A DNA stretch of 64,000 bases from Acidimicrobiia bacterium (GCA_040902845.1 JBBDWM010000034.1:213642-277641), one strand, 5' to 3'. Counted from the stretch's first letter, positions 9,227 to 19,197 are shown. Made by a program: numbers and translations. Notes: a model not told the origin generated them from the sequence alone.

Positions 9227-10954
9227 GTGGGAGCCGCCCGCACTCGACCCGTCGTCCGATGGGCGAGTCTCTTCGCCGTGCTCGCACTGGTCACCGCAGC
9301 TTGTGACGGTTCGGCAGATGTCACCACCACGGTGAGTCAACCCACGACCACGACCAGCGCCCCGACGACCACCACCACCCAGCCCCCGGAGTGCCCGGAC
9401 GCCTTCTGTGTCAGGTACCACATCCACCCCGATGCGGCCTGGGCGGATGGGACACCGGTCACTTCGGAAGACTTCGCCTTCACCGTGGACACAATCACCG
9501 ATGCAGACCTCGATATCACCTCTTCGACCCGCGCCGGTTATGACAGGATCATTGGCTACGAGTTGGTTGACGACAAGACATTTCTGGCCATCTTCAGCGA
9601 GATCTACGCACCATGGAAGAACTTGTTCGAGGTGGTGCTTCCGGCGCATGAGTTGGAGGGAAAGCCCTTTGAGACGGTTTGGGACGACGGGATCACTCTC
9701 GGTTCCGGCCCATTTGTCTTCAGTGAGTGGGTCCCTGGCGAGCGGATCGTCCTGACCCGCAACCCGAACTACTGGGCGTCGCGTGACCGCGCCTCCGGCG
9801 GGGCCCTTGGTGACGTTCAAACCGTCAACATCGATGTCATTCCCGGCACAGAAGCCCAGGTTCGTGCCCTGCGCAACGAGGAAATCGACATGTTCTACCC
9901 CGAGCCCCAGATATCCCTGGTCGAAGACGTGACGTCCATGAGCGACGTCACCTCGGAGGCGGGTCTCGGCAGGATCTGGGAGCAGATCGACTTCAACCAT
10001 GATGATCCGCTGCTCTCTCAGGAGTTCATACGCCGGACATTTGCGATGGCCATCGATCGCAACGCGGTCATGGAAGAGGTCGTCCGTCCCATGGCGCCCG
10101 ACGCGGTTCCGCTCGGCAACACCGTGTGGATGGTCGGGACCCCCTACTACCAGGATCACTTCTCCCAGTTCTCCTTCGACCCGGTCGGCGCCGAGCAACT
10201 CCTGATCGAAAATGGGTGTGTCAAGGGCGAAGACGCCATCTACGTGTGCCAGGGACAGCGCCTTTCGTTTCGTTGGGCAACCACCGCCGGCATCGAGGGA
10301 CGGGAAACGCTGTTCGATTTGGCCCAGGCCAGCCTGACCGAAATCGGCATCGAGGTGACCGCGGATTTCGGCCCGGCGACGAGGGTCTTCGCCAACGAGT
10401 TCATCTACGGCGACTCATCGGTATGGCAGATCCTGAATTTCGCCTGGGTCGGGGCTCCGGATCCCCATGGGCGGAACACCGTCTACTACTGCGAGGGGGC
10501 CGCACCCAGCGGCTTCGGGGACCTCAACGTGAACCGGTATTGCAATGACGAGGTCGAGTCCCTGATCCGCCAGACCGAGGTCGAGGTCGATCAGTCGGCA
10601 CGCGCCGAGCTCTACAACCAGGCCGACTCCATCTATCTAGGTGATGTCGCCTCGATCCCGCTCTATCAGAAGCCGACCTTCTTCGCCTGGAACGAGTTGA
10701 TCACGGGCCCGAGGGACAATCCCACACAGACCGGGCCCTTCTGGAACATCGCGACGTGGTCAGGCAAGGAGGAGGTCATTTTCGCCGTCGACCAGGAACC
10801 GGATTCGTGGAACACGTTCGAGCCTGCAGGAGGCCTGTTCGCCGTTGACCTGGTCACCACCGCGGTGCTCGAAGGCGCCTTCACCGTGGCACCGGACTAC
10901 ACCTACGTGCCCCAGCTCATCGAGAGCTACGAGGTGATCATCTCCGAAGGTTGA
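9227..10954 (+). CDS. ABC transporter substrate-binding lipoprotein, family 5 (peptide/nickel type)
   Basis: GTG at 9227 is preceded by GGAGGA. Signal peptide plus lipobox ...LALVTAAC. The body has family-5 SBP features (NPNYW, DFNHDDP...). The track start TTG 9095 adds an implausible N-terminal extension. Confidence 0.85.
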   Translation: MGAARTRPVVRWASLFAVLALVTAACDGSADVTTTVSQPTTTTSAPTTTTTQPPECPDAFCVRYHIHPDAAWADGTPVTSEDFAFTVDTITDADLDITSSTRAGYDRIIGYELVDDKTFLAIFSEIYAPWKNLFEVVLPAHELEGKPFETVWDDGITLGSGPFVFSEWVPGERIVLTRNPNYWASRDRASGGALGDVQTVNIDVIPGTEAQVRALRNEEIDMFYPEPQISLVEDVTSMSDVTSEAGLGRIWEQIDFNHDDPLLSQEFIRRTFAMAIDRNAVMEEVVRPMAPDAVPLGNTVWMVGTPYYQDHFSQFSFDPVGAEQLLIENGCVKGEDAIYVCQGQRLSFRWATTAGIEGRETLFDLAQASLTEIGIEVTADFGPATRVFANEFIYGDSSVWQILNFAWVGAPDPHGRNTVYYCEGAAPSGFGDLNVNRYCNDEVESLIRQTEVEVDQSARAELYNQADSIYLGDVASIPLYQKPTFFAWNELITGPRDNPTQTGPFWNIATWSGKEEVIFAVDQEPDSWNTFEPAGGLFAVDLVTTAVLEGAFTVAPDYTYVPQLIESYEVIISEG

Positions 10955-11082
10955 CATTTTCGGGTTTGAGTGACACTCCAAGCCCGACCGGGCCCATCGA
11001 GACTCGAGGGGCGACCGGGTATAGGCCTTTCGAGATCGGTATGCTCCGAAAGTCGGAGCTATTTCCTGACCCGGAGGAGTGA

Positions 11083-12924
11083 ATGACGCAGGAAGCTGTC
11101 CTGGATGAGCGCGCGGCCATCGATGCCGAGGTCGAGGGCAAGACGATCATCGACTACTTCGACCGCAACGCCGAGCGGTACGGAGACCAGCCCGCTATCC
11201 ACTGGAAAGAGGACGGCGAGTGGGCGAGTCTTACCTGGAAGGGATACCGGAGTGCAGTCCACGATGCGGCGGCCGGTCTTCAGTCGTTGGGAGTCGGGGA
11301 CGGCCAGTTCGTGGCCATCATGGCCGGGAACCGGCCGGAGCATGTGATCGCCGACTACGCAGCCATCCACACCGGGGCCACCGGCGTGACCATTTACTCC
11401 ACCCTGGTCGCCAATCAGATCCAGTACATCGCTGAGAACTGCCACGCGACGGTCGCCATCCTCGAAGACCTCGACTACATGAAGAGATGGGAAGAGATCC
11501 GATCGGAGCTTCCCGATCTCCGCTATGTGGTGTTGATGTCAGGTGCCGAGAACTACGACACGGCCGATTGGGTCCTCGGATGGGACGAGTTGATCGCCCG
11601 GGGCAAGCAGCGTCTGATGGAGGATCCCGAGTCGGTGCATCGCTCCGCCGATCGGATGACGCCTGATTCTCTGGCGACCCTCATCTACACCTCGGGGACC
11701 ACCGGGACTCCCAAGGGCGTGATGATCACCCACCGCAATGTCGTTTGGACAGCGGAGTGCCTACGCCGTGCGGCGAACATCGACCTGGGTCCACGCATGG
11801 TCTCCTATCTCCCGCTCGCCCACATCGCCGAGCGTCTTGCCACGCACTACCTGTGCACCTACATGGCCGGCCAGGTCTGGTTCTGTCCGAACATGGCCGG
11901 TGTCCTCGAATATATCCAGGAAGCCCGTCCCACCATCTTCTTCGGCGTCCCCCGGGTGTACGAGAAGTTCCATTCTCGTTTGAGCGCCCGCTTCGCAGGC
12001 GAACACGGCATCAAGAAGACATTGTTGGATCTTGCCCTCGCCTCCAATCGGAAACGGGTCGACGCCGAGGCCGAGGGCAAGTCTGGCCCCATGCTGGCCG
12101 GCGTTCTCGATTCGATCGTGCTCTCCAAGGTTCGCCACGGGCTGGGGATGGATGCCGTGAATCTCGCCATCACGGCGGCGGCTCCGATCAACTCGGAGTT
12201 GATCACCTTCTTTCACACCATCGGGATCCCGTTGTTCGAGCTATACGGGATGTCCGAGACCACAGGACCGGCAACCACCAACCTCCCCGGAGCGAACAAG
12301 ACCGGCTCGGTGGGCCCGGCACTCCCCGGCGTCGAGGTCATCCTCGCCGAGGACGGTGAGGTCCTGATGCGGGGCGGAGTCATAACCCAGGGCTATTACA
12401 AGCTCCCTGAGGCCACCGAAGAATCCTTCGACCCTGAAGGCTGGCTGCACTCGGGTGACCTGGGCCAGATCGACGACGACGGCTATCTCTGGATCGTGGG
12501 ACGCAAGAAGGAAATCATCATCACCGCGGCCGGGAAGAACATCGCACCGGCCAAGCTGGAAACGGCCCTGGGCAACCACCCGATCATCTCCAAGGCATGC
12601 ATAATCGGTGACAACCGCAAGTTCCTGAGCGTCGTGATCGCCCTCGACCACGAAGAGGCCCCGGCTTGGGCGGAGGCACGCGGGCTCGAGTATCGGGACC
12701 TGGCTACCTTCTCGCAGCTTCCCGAGGTCCTTGCCGAGGTGGAAAAGGCGGTCAGGGAGGCCAACGAGAAGGTCTCCAGCGTGGAGCAGATCAAGAAATG
12801 GATCGTGGTCCCTGACGAATGGACCCCTGACTCCGGAGAGGTGACCCCCTCGCTGAAGCTCAAGCGCCGGGTGGTGGTCGATAAGTACGCAGACGAGATC
12901 GACGCTCTCTACACCGGCGCCTGA
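11083..12924 (+). CDS. fadD: Long-chain fatty-acid--CoA ligase (AMP-dependent synthetase)
   Basis: YTSGTTGTPKGV AMP motif, GYGMSET-like YGMSETTG, and C-terminal TPSLKLKRR. Confidence 0.88.
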   Translation: MTQEAVLDERAAIDAEVEGKTIIDYFDRNAERYGDQPAIHWKEDGEWASLTWKGYRSAVHDAAAGLQSLGVGDGQFVAIMAGNRPEHVIADYAAIHTGATGVTIYSTLVANQIQYIAENCHATVAILEDLDYMKRWEEIRSELPDLRYVVLMSGAENYDTADWVLGWDELIARGKQRLMEDPESVHRSADRMTPDSLATLIYTSGTTGTPKGVMITHRNVVWTAECLRRAANIDLGPRMVSYLPLAHIAERLATHYLCTYMAGQVWFCPNMAGVLEYIQEARPTIFFGVPRVYEKFHSRLSARFAGEHGIKKTLLDLALASNRKRVDAEAEGKSGPMLAGVLDSIVLSKVRHGLGMDAVNLAITAAAPINSELITFFHTIGIPLFELYGMSETTGPATTNLPGANKTGSVGPALPGVEVILAEDGEVLMRGGVITQGYYKLPEATEESFDPEGWLHSGDLGQIDDDGYLWIVGRKKEIIITAAGKNIAPAKLETALGNHPIISKACIIGDNRKFLSVVIALDHEEAPAWAEARGLEYRDLATFSQLPEVLAEVEKAVREANEKVSSVEQIKKWIVVPDEWTPDSGEVTPSLKLKRRVVVDKYADEIDALYTGA

Positions 12925-12926
12925 GC

Positions 12927-13829
12927 GTGCCCATCACCTTTGATGGCCGGGTGGCCGTAGTCACCGGCGCCGGTGGCGGGTTGGGCAGGGAATACGCGCT
13001 GGAACTCGGTCGGCGCGGGGCCCGGGTGGTCGTGAACGATCTGGGCGGCGCGGTTGATGGCACCGGCGCATCCACGTCCGCCGCCGACGTGGTGGTCGCC
13101 GAGATCAGGGGCAACGGGGGTGAGGCCGTTCCCAACTACGACTCGGTCTCCACACGTGAGGGGGGCGCGGCCATCGTCCAAACCGCGCTCGACGCGTTCG
13201 GGACGGTGGACATCGTGATCAACAACGCCGGGATCCTGCGCGACCACTCCTTCGCCAACCTGACCTTTGATGAGGTCGATGCCGTCATCGACGTCCATCT
13301 TCGGGGCGCCTTTCATGTGTCACAGCCGGCCTTCGTGGTGATGAAGGAGAAGGGCTACGGCCGGTTCGTGCACACCACCTCTGCTTCCGGGCTCTTTGGG
13401 AACTTCGGCCAGGCGAATTACGGCGCAGCCAAGGCGGGGATCATGGGTCTGTCGAATGTGCTTGCCATCGAAGGCATGAAGTACAACGTGAAGTCCAATG
13501 CGGTGGCCCCGATCGCACGGACCCGGATGACCGAGGATCTGCTCGGGCCGTTTGCCGACATGGTCGACCCCAAACAGGTGATGCCGATGGTGGTGTATCT
13601 GTGCTCCGAAACCAACGAGTACACCCATGAGATCTTCACTGTCGGCGGGGGGAGGTACGCCCGAATCTTCATCGGCACCAACCGAGGTTGGCTGGCCGGC
13701 CAGGGGGTGGTCCCCGAGGTCGAGCAGGTCGCCGAGCACATCGACGAGGTCCGAGACATCTCACAGTTCGAGGTCCCACTCAGCAACAACGAGGAGATCA
13801 TGCTCCTCGCCCAAATGCTGGTCGGCTGA
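12927..13829 (+). CDS. SDR-family 3-hydroxyacyl-CoA dehydrogenase (MFE-2 dehydrogenase-domain-like)
   Basis: VTGAGGGLGREYALELGRRGARVVVNDLGG Rossmann motif, NNAGI, and catalytic YGAAK. Confidence 0.85.
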   Translation: MPITFDGRVAVVTGAGGGLGREYALELGRRGARVVVNDLGGAVDGTGASTSAADVVVAEIRGNGGEAVPNYDSVSTREGGAAIVQTALDAFGTVDIVINNAGILRDHSFANLTFDEVDAVIDVHLRGAFHVSQPAFVVMKEKGYGRFVHTTSASGLFGNFGQANYGAAKAGIMGLSNVLAIEGMKYNVKSNAVAPIARTRMTEDLLGPFADMVDPKQVMPMVVYLCSETNEYTHEIFTVGGGRYARIFIGTNRGWLAGQGVVPEVEQVAEHIDEVRDISQFEVPLSNNEEIMLLAQMLVG

Positions 13830-13831
13830 AC

Positions 13832-14692
13832 ATGCCCGTCGACATCGAGAAGGCCCTGGGAGCGCCTCTGCCCGGCTCCACCTACAGCTGGACCGAGGAC
13901 GACATCATCCTCTATCACCTGGGCATCGGAGCAGGGGTCCCGCCCACCGACCCCGGTGAGCTTCGTTACGTTTACGAAGGAGATCTTCAGGTCCTCCCCA
14001 CCTACGGGACCATCCCGCAGTTCGGGGTGATGATGAGCCTGGGAGCCGTCGACGGTCTCGAGTTCAACCTGGCTTCCGTTCTTCACGGCGAACAGGAGTT
14101 GGAGGTCCATCGCCCGATTCCGACCTCGGGGACGGTTACCCAAACGGGAAAGGTGACCGAGATCTACGACAAGGGGCGGGGCGCCCTGGTCGTGCTGGAG
14201 GTCGAGTCGAGGCTGGAGAAGACGGGTGAGTTGCTGTTCACCAACCGCCCATCGATCTATCTGCGCGGTGAGGGCGGTTTTGGAGGCGACAGGGGCCCTC
14301 GTTCAAACCACGGGGTGCCGGACCGTGAGCCCGACCATGTGGTCGATTCCCCGACCCTTCCCCAGCAGGCGTTGTTGTATCGCATCTCCTCAGGGGACAA
14401 GAACCCGCTCCATGCCGACCCCGGGTTCGCCGCCTTCGCCGGGTTCGATCGCCCGATCCTGCATGGACTCTGCACATTCGGGGTCGTTGGTAAGGCAGTA
14501 GTGGACCATGCCCTCGAGCGGCGGCCCGAATTGCTGGCCTCTTATCGGGCGCGGTTCTCAGGTGTGGTCTTCCCCGGGGAGACCATCAGGACCTCGATCT
14601 GGGTGGAGAAAACCGGGTTGGTGGTGGAAGCCGCGTCGTTGGAAAGAGGTATTTCGGTGCTATCCGGCGGAGCCATAAGCCTTAGGCCGTGA
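13832..14692 (+). CDS. MaoC-like (R)-specific enoyl-CoA hydratase, double hot-dog
   Basis: ATG at 13832 lies 2 nt after the SDR stop. SGDKNPLHADPGFA hydratase motif. The track start at 13688 overlaps the SDR gene with an Arg/Gly-rich artefactual extension. Confidence 0.85.
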   Translation: MPVDIEKALGAPLPGSTYSWTEDDIILYHLGIGAGVPPTDPGELRYVYEGDLQVLPTYGTIPQFGVMMSLGAVDGLEFNLASVLHGEQELEVHRPIPTSGTVTQTGKVTEIYDKGRGALVVLEVESRLEKTGELLFTNRPSIYLRGEGGFGGDRGPRSNHGVPDREPDHVVDSPTLPQQALLYRISSGDKNPLHADPGFAAFAGFDRPILHGLCTFGVVGKAVVDHALERRPELLASYRARFSGVVFPGETIRTSIWVEKTGLVVEAASLERGISVLSGGAISLRP

Positions 14693-15500
14693 TCGTCACT
14701 GGGGTCCCGATCGGGACCATCCCGTGGAGTCTGGTGATCACTTCGTTGGGGACCCGGACACAGCCGAGCGAGGCTGCATTCCCGATCGAACCGGGTCGGT
14801 TGGTGCCATGGATGCCGATTATCCCGTCACCGCCGTTGTACTCCGTGATCGTGTCCGAACGTGCCGAGATGCCAAATGCGTGGGGGCCCCACGGGCTGCC
14901 CGGGTTGTCCAGCGTCACATTGTCGGTGATGAAGAACTCACCCACCGGGGTCGGGTTACGACGGCTGCCGACGGCCACCGAGGTGGAGAGGATCTCTGCT
15001 CCGTCCTCGTAGTAGGTGAGGGTGCGGTCGGACAGGTCGATGACGAAGCTTCCTTCCACGACGTAGAGCATCAGGTCATCGGCCTTGACCCATCCCTCCG
15101 ATCCGTTGGGGCGGATCGGCAATCGGACCCGTGCCCACCCCTCAGACGGTCCTTCGACAACCTCGAACACGGTGACCGTCCCCAGGATCGTGGTGTGAGG
15201 CATGGTGATCATTGGTTCTGCCGAAGACCGGGTTTCGTAGACGTCGGTGTCGTCGACCGTCATCGCCACCAGGGTCTGCTGCGCCGGCAAGGTGGTTGTG
15301 CTCAAGCCATCGAACAAGGGCCGCGCCACCGTTGTCGTCGGGGCGGCTGGTAACGCCGTGGTCGGCGTGAGGGTGGTGACCGTGGTGACAGTGTCGGCCG
15401 GGGCGGCCATGGGCTCGATCGACTGAACCGTCTCCGTCGGTTGGCCACATCCGAAGACGAACACTGCAAGAGCGAATAGGAGGGAAGCCCGGCGCATCAT
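14682..15500 (-). CDS. L,D-transpeptidase (YkuD domain), secreted lipoprotein
   Basis: Catalytic motif GIHGTN...SLGCVRV. N-terminal signal with FVFGC lipobox. Confidence 0.88.
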   Translation of the reverse strand: MMRRASLLFALAVFVFGCGQPTETVQSIEPMAAPADTVTTVTTLTPTTALPAAPTTTVARPLFDGLSTTTLPAQQTLVAMTVDDTDVYETRSSAEPMITMPHTTILGTVTVFEVVEGPSEGWARVRLPIRPNGSEGWVKADDLMLYVVEGSFVIDLSDRTLTYYEDGAEILSTSVAVGSRRNPTPVGEFFITDNVTLDNPGSPWGPHAFGISARSDTITEYNGGDGIIGIHGTNRPGSIGNAASLGCVRVPNEVITRLHGMVPIGTPVTITA

Positions 15501-15583
15501 CGGAATGGTATCGGTCGATTGGGATCGGATCTTTGGCCGCTTGTGGCTTGGGACCTGGTGATCTCTCTCTACCGTTGTGGCCG

Positions 15584-16552
15584 ATGCAACGTGTCTATGT
15601 GTCCGCCTTCATCCCCGACGACATCCTCGACCCTTTGCGATCGGTGGCAGCAGTCGGCAGTTGGGACGGCGGCGGCCCGGCACCCAGACCGGTGTTGCTC
15701 GAACAGGTCAAGGACTGCGAGGGCCTGCTCTCCATGCTGGTCGACACCATCGATGTCGAGCTTCTCGACAGCGCCCCCAAGCTGCGCGTGATCTCCCAGA
15801 TGTCTGTCGGGCTCGACAACGTGGACGTGGAGTCCTGTGAGGCGCGGGGCATCCGCGTCGGGCACACACCCGACGTCCTCACCGAGACGGTGGCCGACAT
15901 GGCGTTTGCCCTGATGGCGGCGGTGGTGCGAAGACTGCTCGAAGGTGCCGCCATCGTCCGTGAGAATCGGTGGGGGATCTGGGATCCATGGGCCAATCTG
16001 AGTGGCGATCTCCATGGGTCGACTTTGGGGATCGTTGGCATGGGCCGAATCGGCCAGGCCATCGCACGGCGCGCCGCTGGTTTCGCCATGAACATCGTCT
16101 ACAGCTCACCTTCGGATAAGGATCTCCCCGGTGCCAGACGCCTCCCCTTGAATGAGCTGTTGGCGGAGGCGGACCTGGTCGTGCTCTCGGCACCGCTGAC
16201 TTCTGCGACCCGACATCTGATAGGCGTGCCCGAGTTGGAGTCGATGAAAGACTCTTCCTACCTCATCAATGTGGCACGCGGCGGACTGGTTGACACCGGC
16301 GCTCTTGTCGACGCTCTGGAGAAAGGTGTGATCGGCGGCGCCGCATTGGATGTCACCGATCCCGAGCCACTGCCGCCGGGGCATCCGCTCTTGACGATGG
16401 ACAACTGTCTCATAGTGCCCCATCTCGGGAGCGCGTCGATCAATGCCAGGAGAGGGATGGCTCAGCTCGCGGTCGACAACCTGATCGCAGGTTTGGCCGG
16501 GACTGCCATGCCGGCTGAATACGGGGCCAGGTCCGCGGTCTCCGATCAATGA
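15584..16552 (+). CDS. D-2-hydroxyacid dehydrogenase / glyoxylate-hydroxypyruvate reductase family
   Basis: GIVGMGRIGQAIARR NAD-binding motif, ARGGLVD, and PHLGSAS. Start moved to ATG 15584 (MQRVYVS...). Confidence 0.88.
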   Translation: MQRVYVSAFIPDDILDPLRSVAAVGSWDGGGPAPRPVLLEQVKDCEGLLSMLVDTIDVELLDSAPKLRVISQMSVGLDNVDVESCEARGIRVGHTPDVLTETVADMAFALMAAVVRRLLEGAAIVRENRWGIWDPWANLSGDLHGSTLGIVGMGRIGQAIARRAAGFAMNIVYSSPSDKDLPGARRLPLNELLAEADLVVLSAPLTSATRHLIGVPELESMKDSSYLINVARGGLVDTGALVDALEKGVIGGAALDVTDPEPLPPGHPLLTMDNCLIVPHLGSASINARRGMAQLAVDNLIAGLAGTAMPAEYGARSAVSDQ

Positions 16553-16578
16553 TGGTCGAAGGTCAGGGGTGATGGTGT

Positions 16579-17208
16579 TCAGCCAATCGCGGGGAAGATG
16601 ACCAGGAGACACCCAGACTGAATCGAGATGTTGGCCACGGGTGCCCTCATGACATTGCTGACACCATGGGTCGACCCTGGCTCAAGATAGGCGTCGCTCA
16701 GGTCCCATTGCAGCCCTCTGGTGGTGATGCCCTCGACAGCCCCACCCACCGGGAGCAAAGTCACCGTCGCCCCGACATCGCCGTGGACGATCCGTCTTCG
16801 TCTGACCACGTGACTGCGAGAGCGGCTCGAGATCCAATCGATTTCCTCGACGTCGTGCCACCGGGTCGAGCAGATGAGCCCGGCGGTTGCCAACTCGTGG
16901 TCATGTCGCCCACCGGTGCCTCCGACGATGACCAACCGGCTCGGATCCTCCCTGGTCGCGAACTCGAGGGCGAGGTCGAGGTCGGTTTGATCCTTGTCGA
17001 CCGGGTGTCGCTCGACCATCACGTGGTCGGGGAGTGGGGAGGTGGTGATGGAGTCCATGTCTCCCACCACAACATCGACCCGATACCCCAGCGAGATCGC
17101 CGCCTCGTACCCGCTGTCGGCGGCCACGACCAGGTCGGGGACCGGCAGCTCCTCGGCGAGCTCGGGGCGGGGAGGATCGCCTCCGGCGAAGATGAGGATC
17201 GTGTCCAT
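16579..17208 (-). CDS. Thiamine pyrophosphokinase
   Basis: MDTILIFAGG...VVAADSG...VVGDMDS, then DKDQTDLDLAL and GGTGGRHDHELA, which is the TPK catalytic-domain pattern. ATG 17208 preferred over TTG 17220. Confidence 0.75.
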   Translation of the reverse strand: MDTILIFAGGDPPRPELAEELPVPDLVVAADSGYEAAISLGYRVDVVVGDMDSITTSPLPDHVMVERHPVDKDQTDLDLALEFATREDPSRLVIVGGTGGRHDHELATAGLICSTRWHDVEEIDWISSRSRSHVVRRRRIVHGDVGATVTLLPVGGAVEGITTRGLQWDLSDAYLEPGSTHGVSNVMRAPVANISIQSGCLLVIFPAIG

Positions 17209-17319
17209 CGATAATGACAAAATCGTCTTACGCGCGAAAACGTGGGTAAGAGCTAACCTTCAAGTAGAGGTTGATAGCTGGGTTGCCAGTGTGCATCTGG
17301 TGAAACCCGGTGCTGCCGG

Positions 17320-18546
17320 TCATTCGACCACGACCTCCAGGAGGTGTTCGGCCTTGCGAAGACTGGTCTCCACGTCGTTTGGGGTTGCGGCGCGGGCGTA
17401 GACGAACCCGAGATATCGGTCTCCTTCCGGGGGTGGCTCGAGAAACCGCCCCGGTCTGACCGTGATGTCCATCCCGGTGACGAAGGGCAATTGGCGGACC
17501 ACGTCGGTGTTGCGGAGCTCGACAAATCGCCCTTGCTTCGGGATGGGGATCATGAGCACCCCACTGGCCACCGACTCGCGATGCAACTCGGGTTTGTCCA
17601 TGCCGAGGGCGTTGCGAAGGATGAGTGTCTCCAGCGTCGTGCCCATCAGCCCGAAGTTCAGACTCTTCGAGCAAAGACCACCGATGGACCGGGCAGCGAC
17701 TTCGATCACCCTCACCTGGGCTCCGTTGACCATGAGCTCGATGTGGACCGGACCATGGGTGATGCCGATCGCGTCGAGCGCCACCTGGGCCACTCGTTCG
17801 CACTCGTCGGTGGTGGCAGCCGGGAGACGCGATGGTGTGACCAGGATTGTCTCTGGGAAGAACGGGCCTTTACCGGCGTCGGGTTTGTCAAAGATGGCGA
17901 GGACGGTCAGGGCCCCGTCGCTGACTATTCCCTCGACGGCCACCTCGACCCCGGGCATATAGGACTCAATAATCACCTGGGCCGACTCGCCGACGATCCG
18001 ACGTAGCCTCTCCAGTCGGGGCAACAGGTCCTCGACACCATCGACCCTCATCACACCCTGGCCGGCGGCGCGGTCAAGCGGCTTGATCACCAACGGGTAG
18101 CCGATGGCCGTCGCTTCTGGAACGGGATCGTCGCCGGGGCCAATGACGGCGAAGGTGGGCTGAGGGACTTCGGCTGCCGCGAGTGCCCTTCGTTGAGACG
18201 CCTTATCTCTCGTTGCTGCCGCCGCCTCCGGGGTGTTCGAGCGCAGGCCGAGGGTCTGGCCGGTGATTGCGGCGACGACCACGCCGGCGTCGTCGGCCGC
18301 CACTACCCCGTCGATTCCGACGCGATCGCCGAAGGCGACGATCGTTTCTGCCGCCAGGACCGGGTCGGTGCAGTCGATCTGGAGATACCCATCGCCCATG
18401 TCGATCGGGGCCGGGCCCTCCGAGGCGACGATCAGACCTACCCCGAGGGCCTCGGCTGCCGTCACGAAGTCGGCTGCCCGGTAGGTGGTGCTGGGAAGGA
18501 CGACTACGGCGGTCGGCATTGGCTTTCTCGTGGCGGCCATTACCAT
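17320..18546 (-). CDS. ATP-grasp domain protein (L-amino-acid-ligase-like), substrate unknown
   Basis: 408 aa. Pre-ATP-grasp region, GYPLVIKP, ESYMPGVEVAVEG, and HIELMV...RVIEVAAR. Confidence 0.75.
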   Translation of the reverse strand: MVMAATRKPMPTAVVVLPSTTYRAADFVTAAEALGVGLIVASEGPAPIDMGDGYLQIDCTDPVLAAETIVAFGDRVGIDGVVAADDAGVVVAAITGQTLGLRSNTPEAAAATRDKASQRRALAAAEVPQPTFAVIGPGDDPVPEATAIGYPLVIKPLDRAAGQGVMRVDGVEDLLPRLERLRRIVGESAQVIIESYMPGVEVAVEGIVSDGALTVLAIFDKPDAGKGPFFPETILVTPSRLPAATTDECERVAQVALDAIGITHGPVHIELMVNGAQVRVIEVAARSIGGLCSKSLNFGLMGTTLETLILRNALGMDKPELHRESVASGVLMIPIPKQGRFVELRNTDVVRQLPFVTGMDITVRPGRFLEPPPEGDRYLGFVYARAATPNDVETSLRKAEHLLEVVVE

Positions 18547-18554
18547 CCTCGCAG

Positions 18555-19169
18555 ATGTCCGAACCCACCGTGATCAGCATTGCGCCCGAAGCCCTCGACA
18601 TGATCCGACAGCTCCGTGACCAGGAGCCAGGAGAGGGGGAGTTCTCGCTCTCGATCGAGGTGACGGGGTTCCGTGGCCCTCAATTCACCTACGAGCTGGC
18701 CTTTGTGGCTTTGGCCGACAAGAAGGACGGCTGGGTGGTCGAACGTCATGGTGATCTTGCGGTGATCTTCCCCGAAGACGACATCCCCAAGCTCGAGGGT
18801 GCCTCGCTCGAGCTCACCGACCAAGGCCTGGCAATGGAGAACCCCAACGCCCCGTCGTCGCCTGCGATCTCAGGGGTGCATGGCGATCTCACCGGCCCCT
18901 TGGTGGATCAGGTGCAACAGGTCCTCAACGAGCAGGTCAACCCGGCGATCGCGGCACACGGCGGTGGCGCGGAGTTGGTCTCGGTCGACGGGACCATCGC
19001 CTATCTCCGGCTGTACGGCGGTTGCCAAGGATGCGGGTTGGCCCAGGTCACCCTCAAACAGGGGATCGAGCGCACCCTGATCGAGGCCATCCCCGCGCTG
19101 ACCCAGGTCGTGGACGTCACCGATCACGCGTCGGGTGAGAACCCGTACATAGAGAGTCAGAAGAAGTAG
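18555..19169 (+). CDS. NfuA-like Fe-S cluster carrier (degenerate A-type domain + Nfu domain)
   Basis: ATG at 18555 (MSEPTVISIAPEAL...). C-terminal Nfu signature HGGGAELV...LYGGCQGCGLAQVTLKQGIE. The 96-codon Arg-rich extension in the track was rejected. Confidence 0.8.
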   Translation: MSEPTVISIAPEALDMIRQLRDQEPGEGEFSLSIEVTGFRGPQFTYELAFVALADKKDGWVVERHGDLAVIFPEDDIPKLEGASLELTDQGLAMENPNAPSSPAISGVHGDLTGPLVDQVQQVLNEQVNPAIAAHGGGAELVSVDGTIAYLRLYGGCQGCGLAQVTLKQGIERTLIEAIPALTQVVDVTDHASGENPYIESQKK

Positions 19170-19197
19170 CCGGCACTGGTCCCGTGGAGGAGGCATC

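Noticed and set aside
17209-17319. TPP riboswitch or other leader upstream of the thiamine pyrophosphokinase gene
   Set aside because: The spacer is relatively AT-rich and has a small hairpin (TCTTAC...GTAAGA, about 17226-17251). It lacks the conserved TPP-riboswitch CUGAGA and ACCUGAUCUGGAUAAUGCCAGCG elements. It is more likely an ordinary promoter or terminator region between two minus-strand genes.
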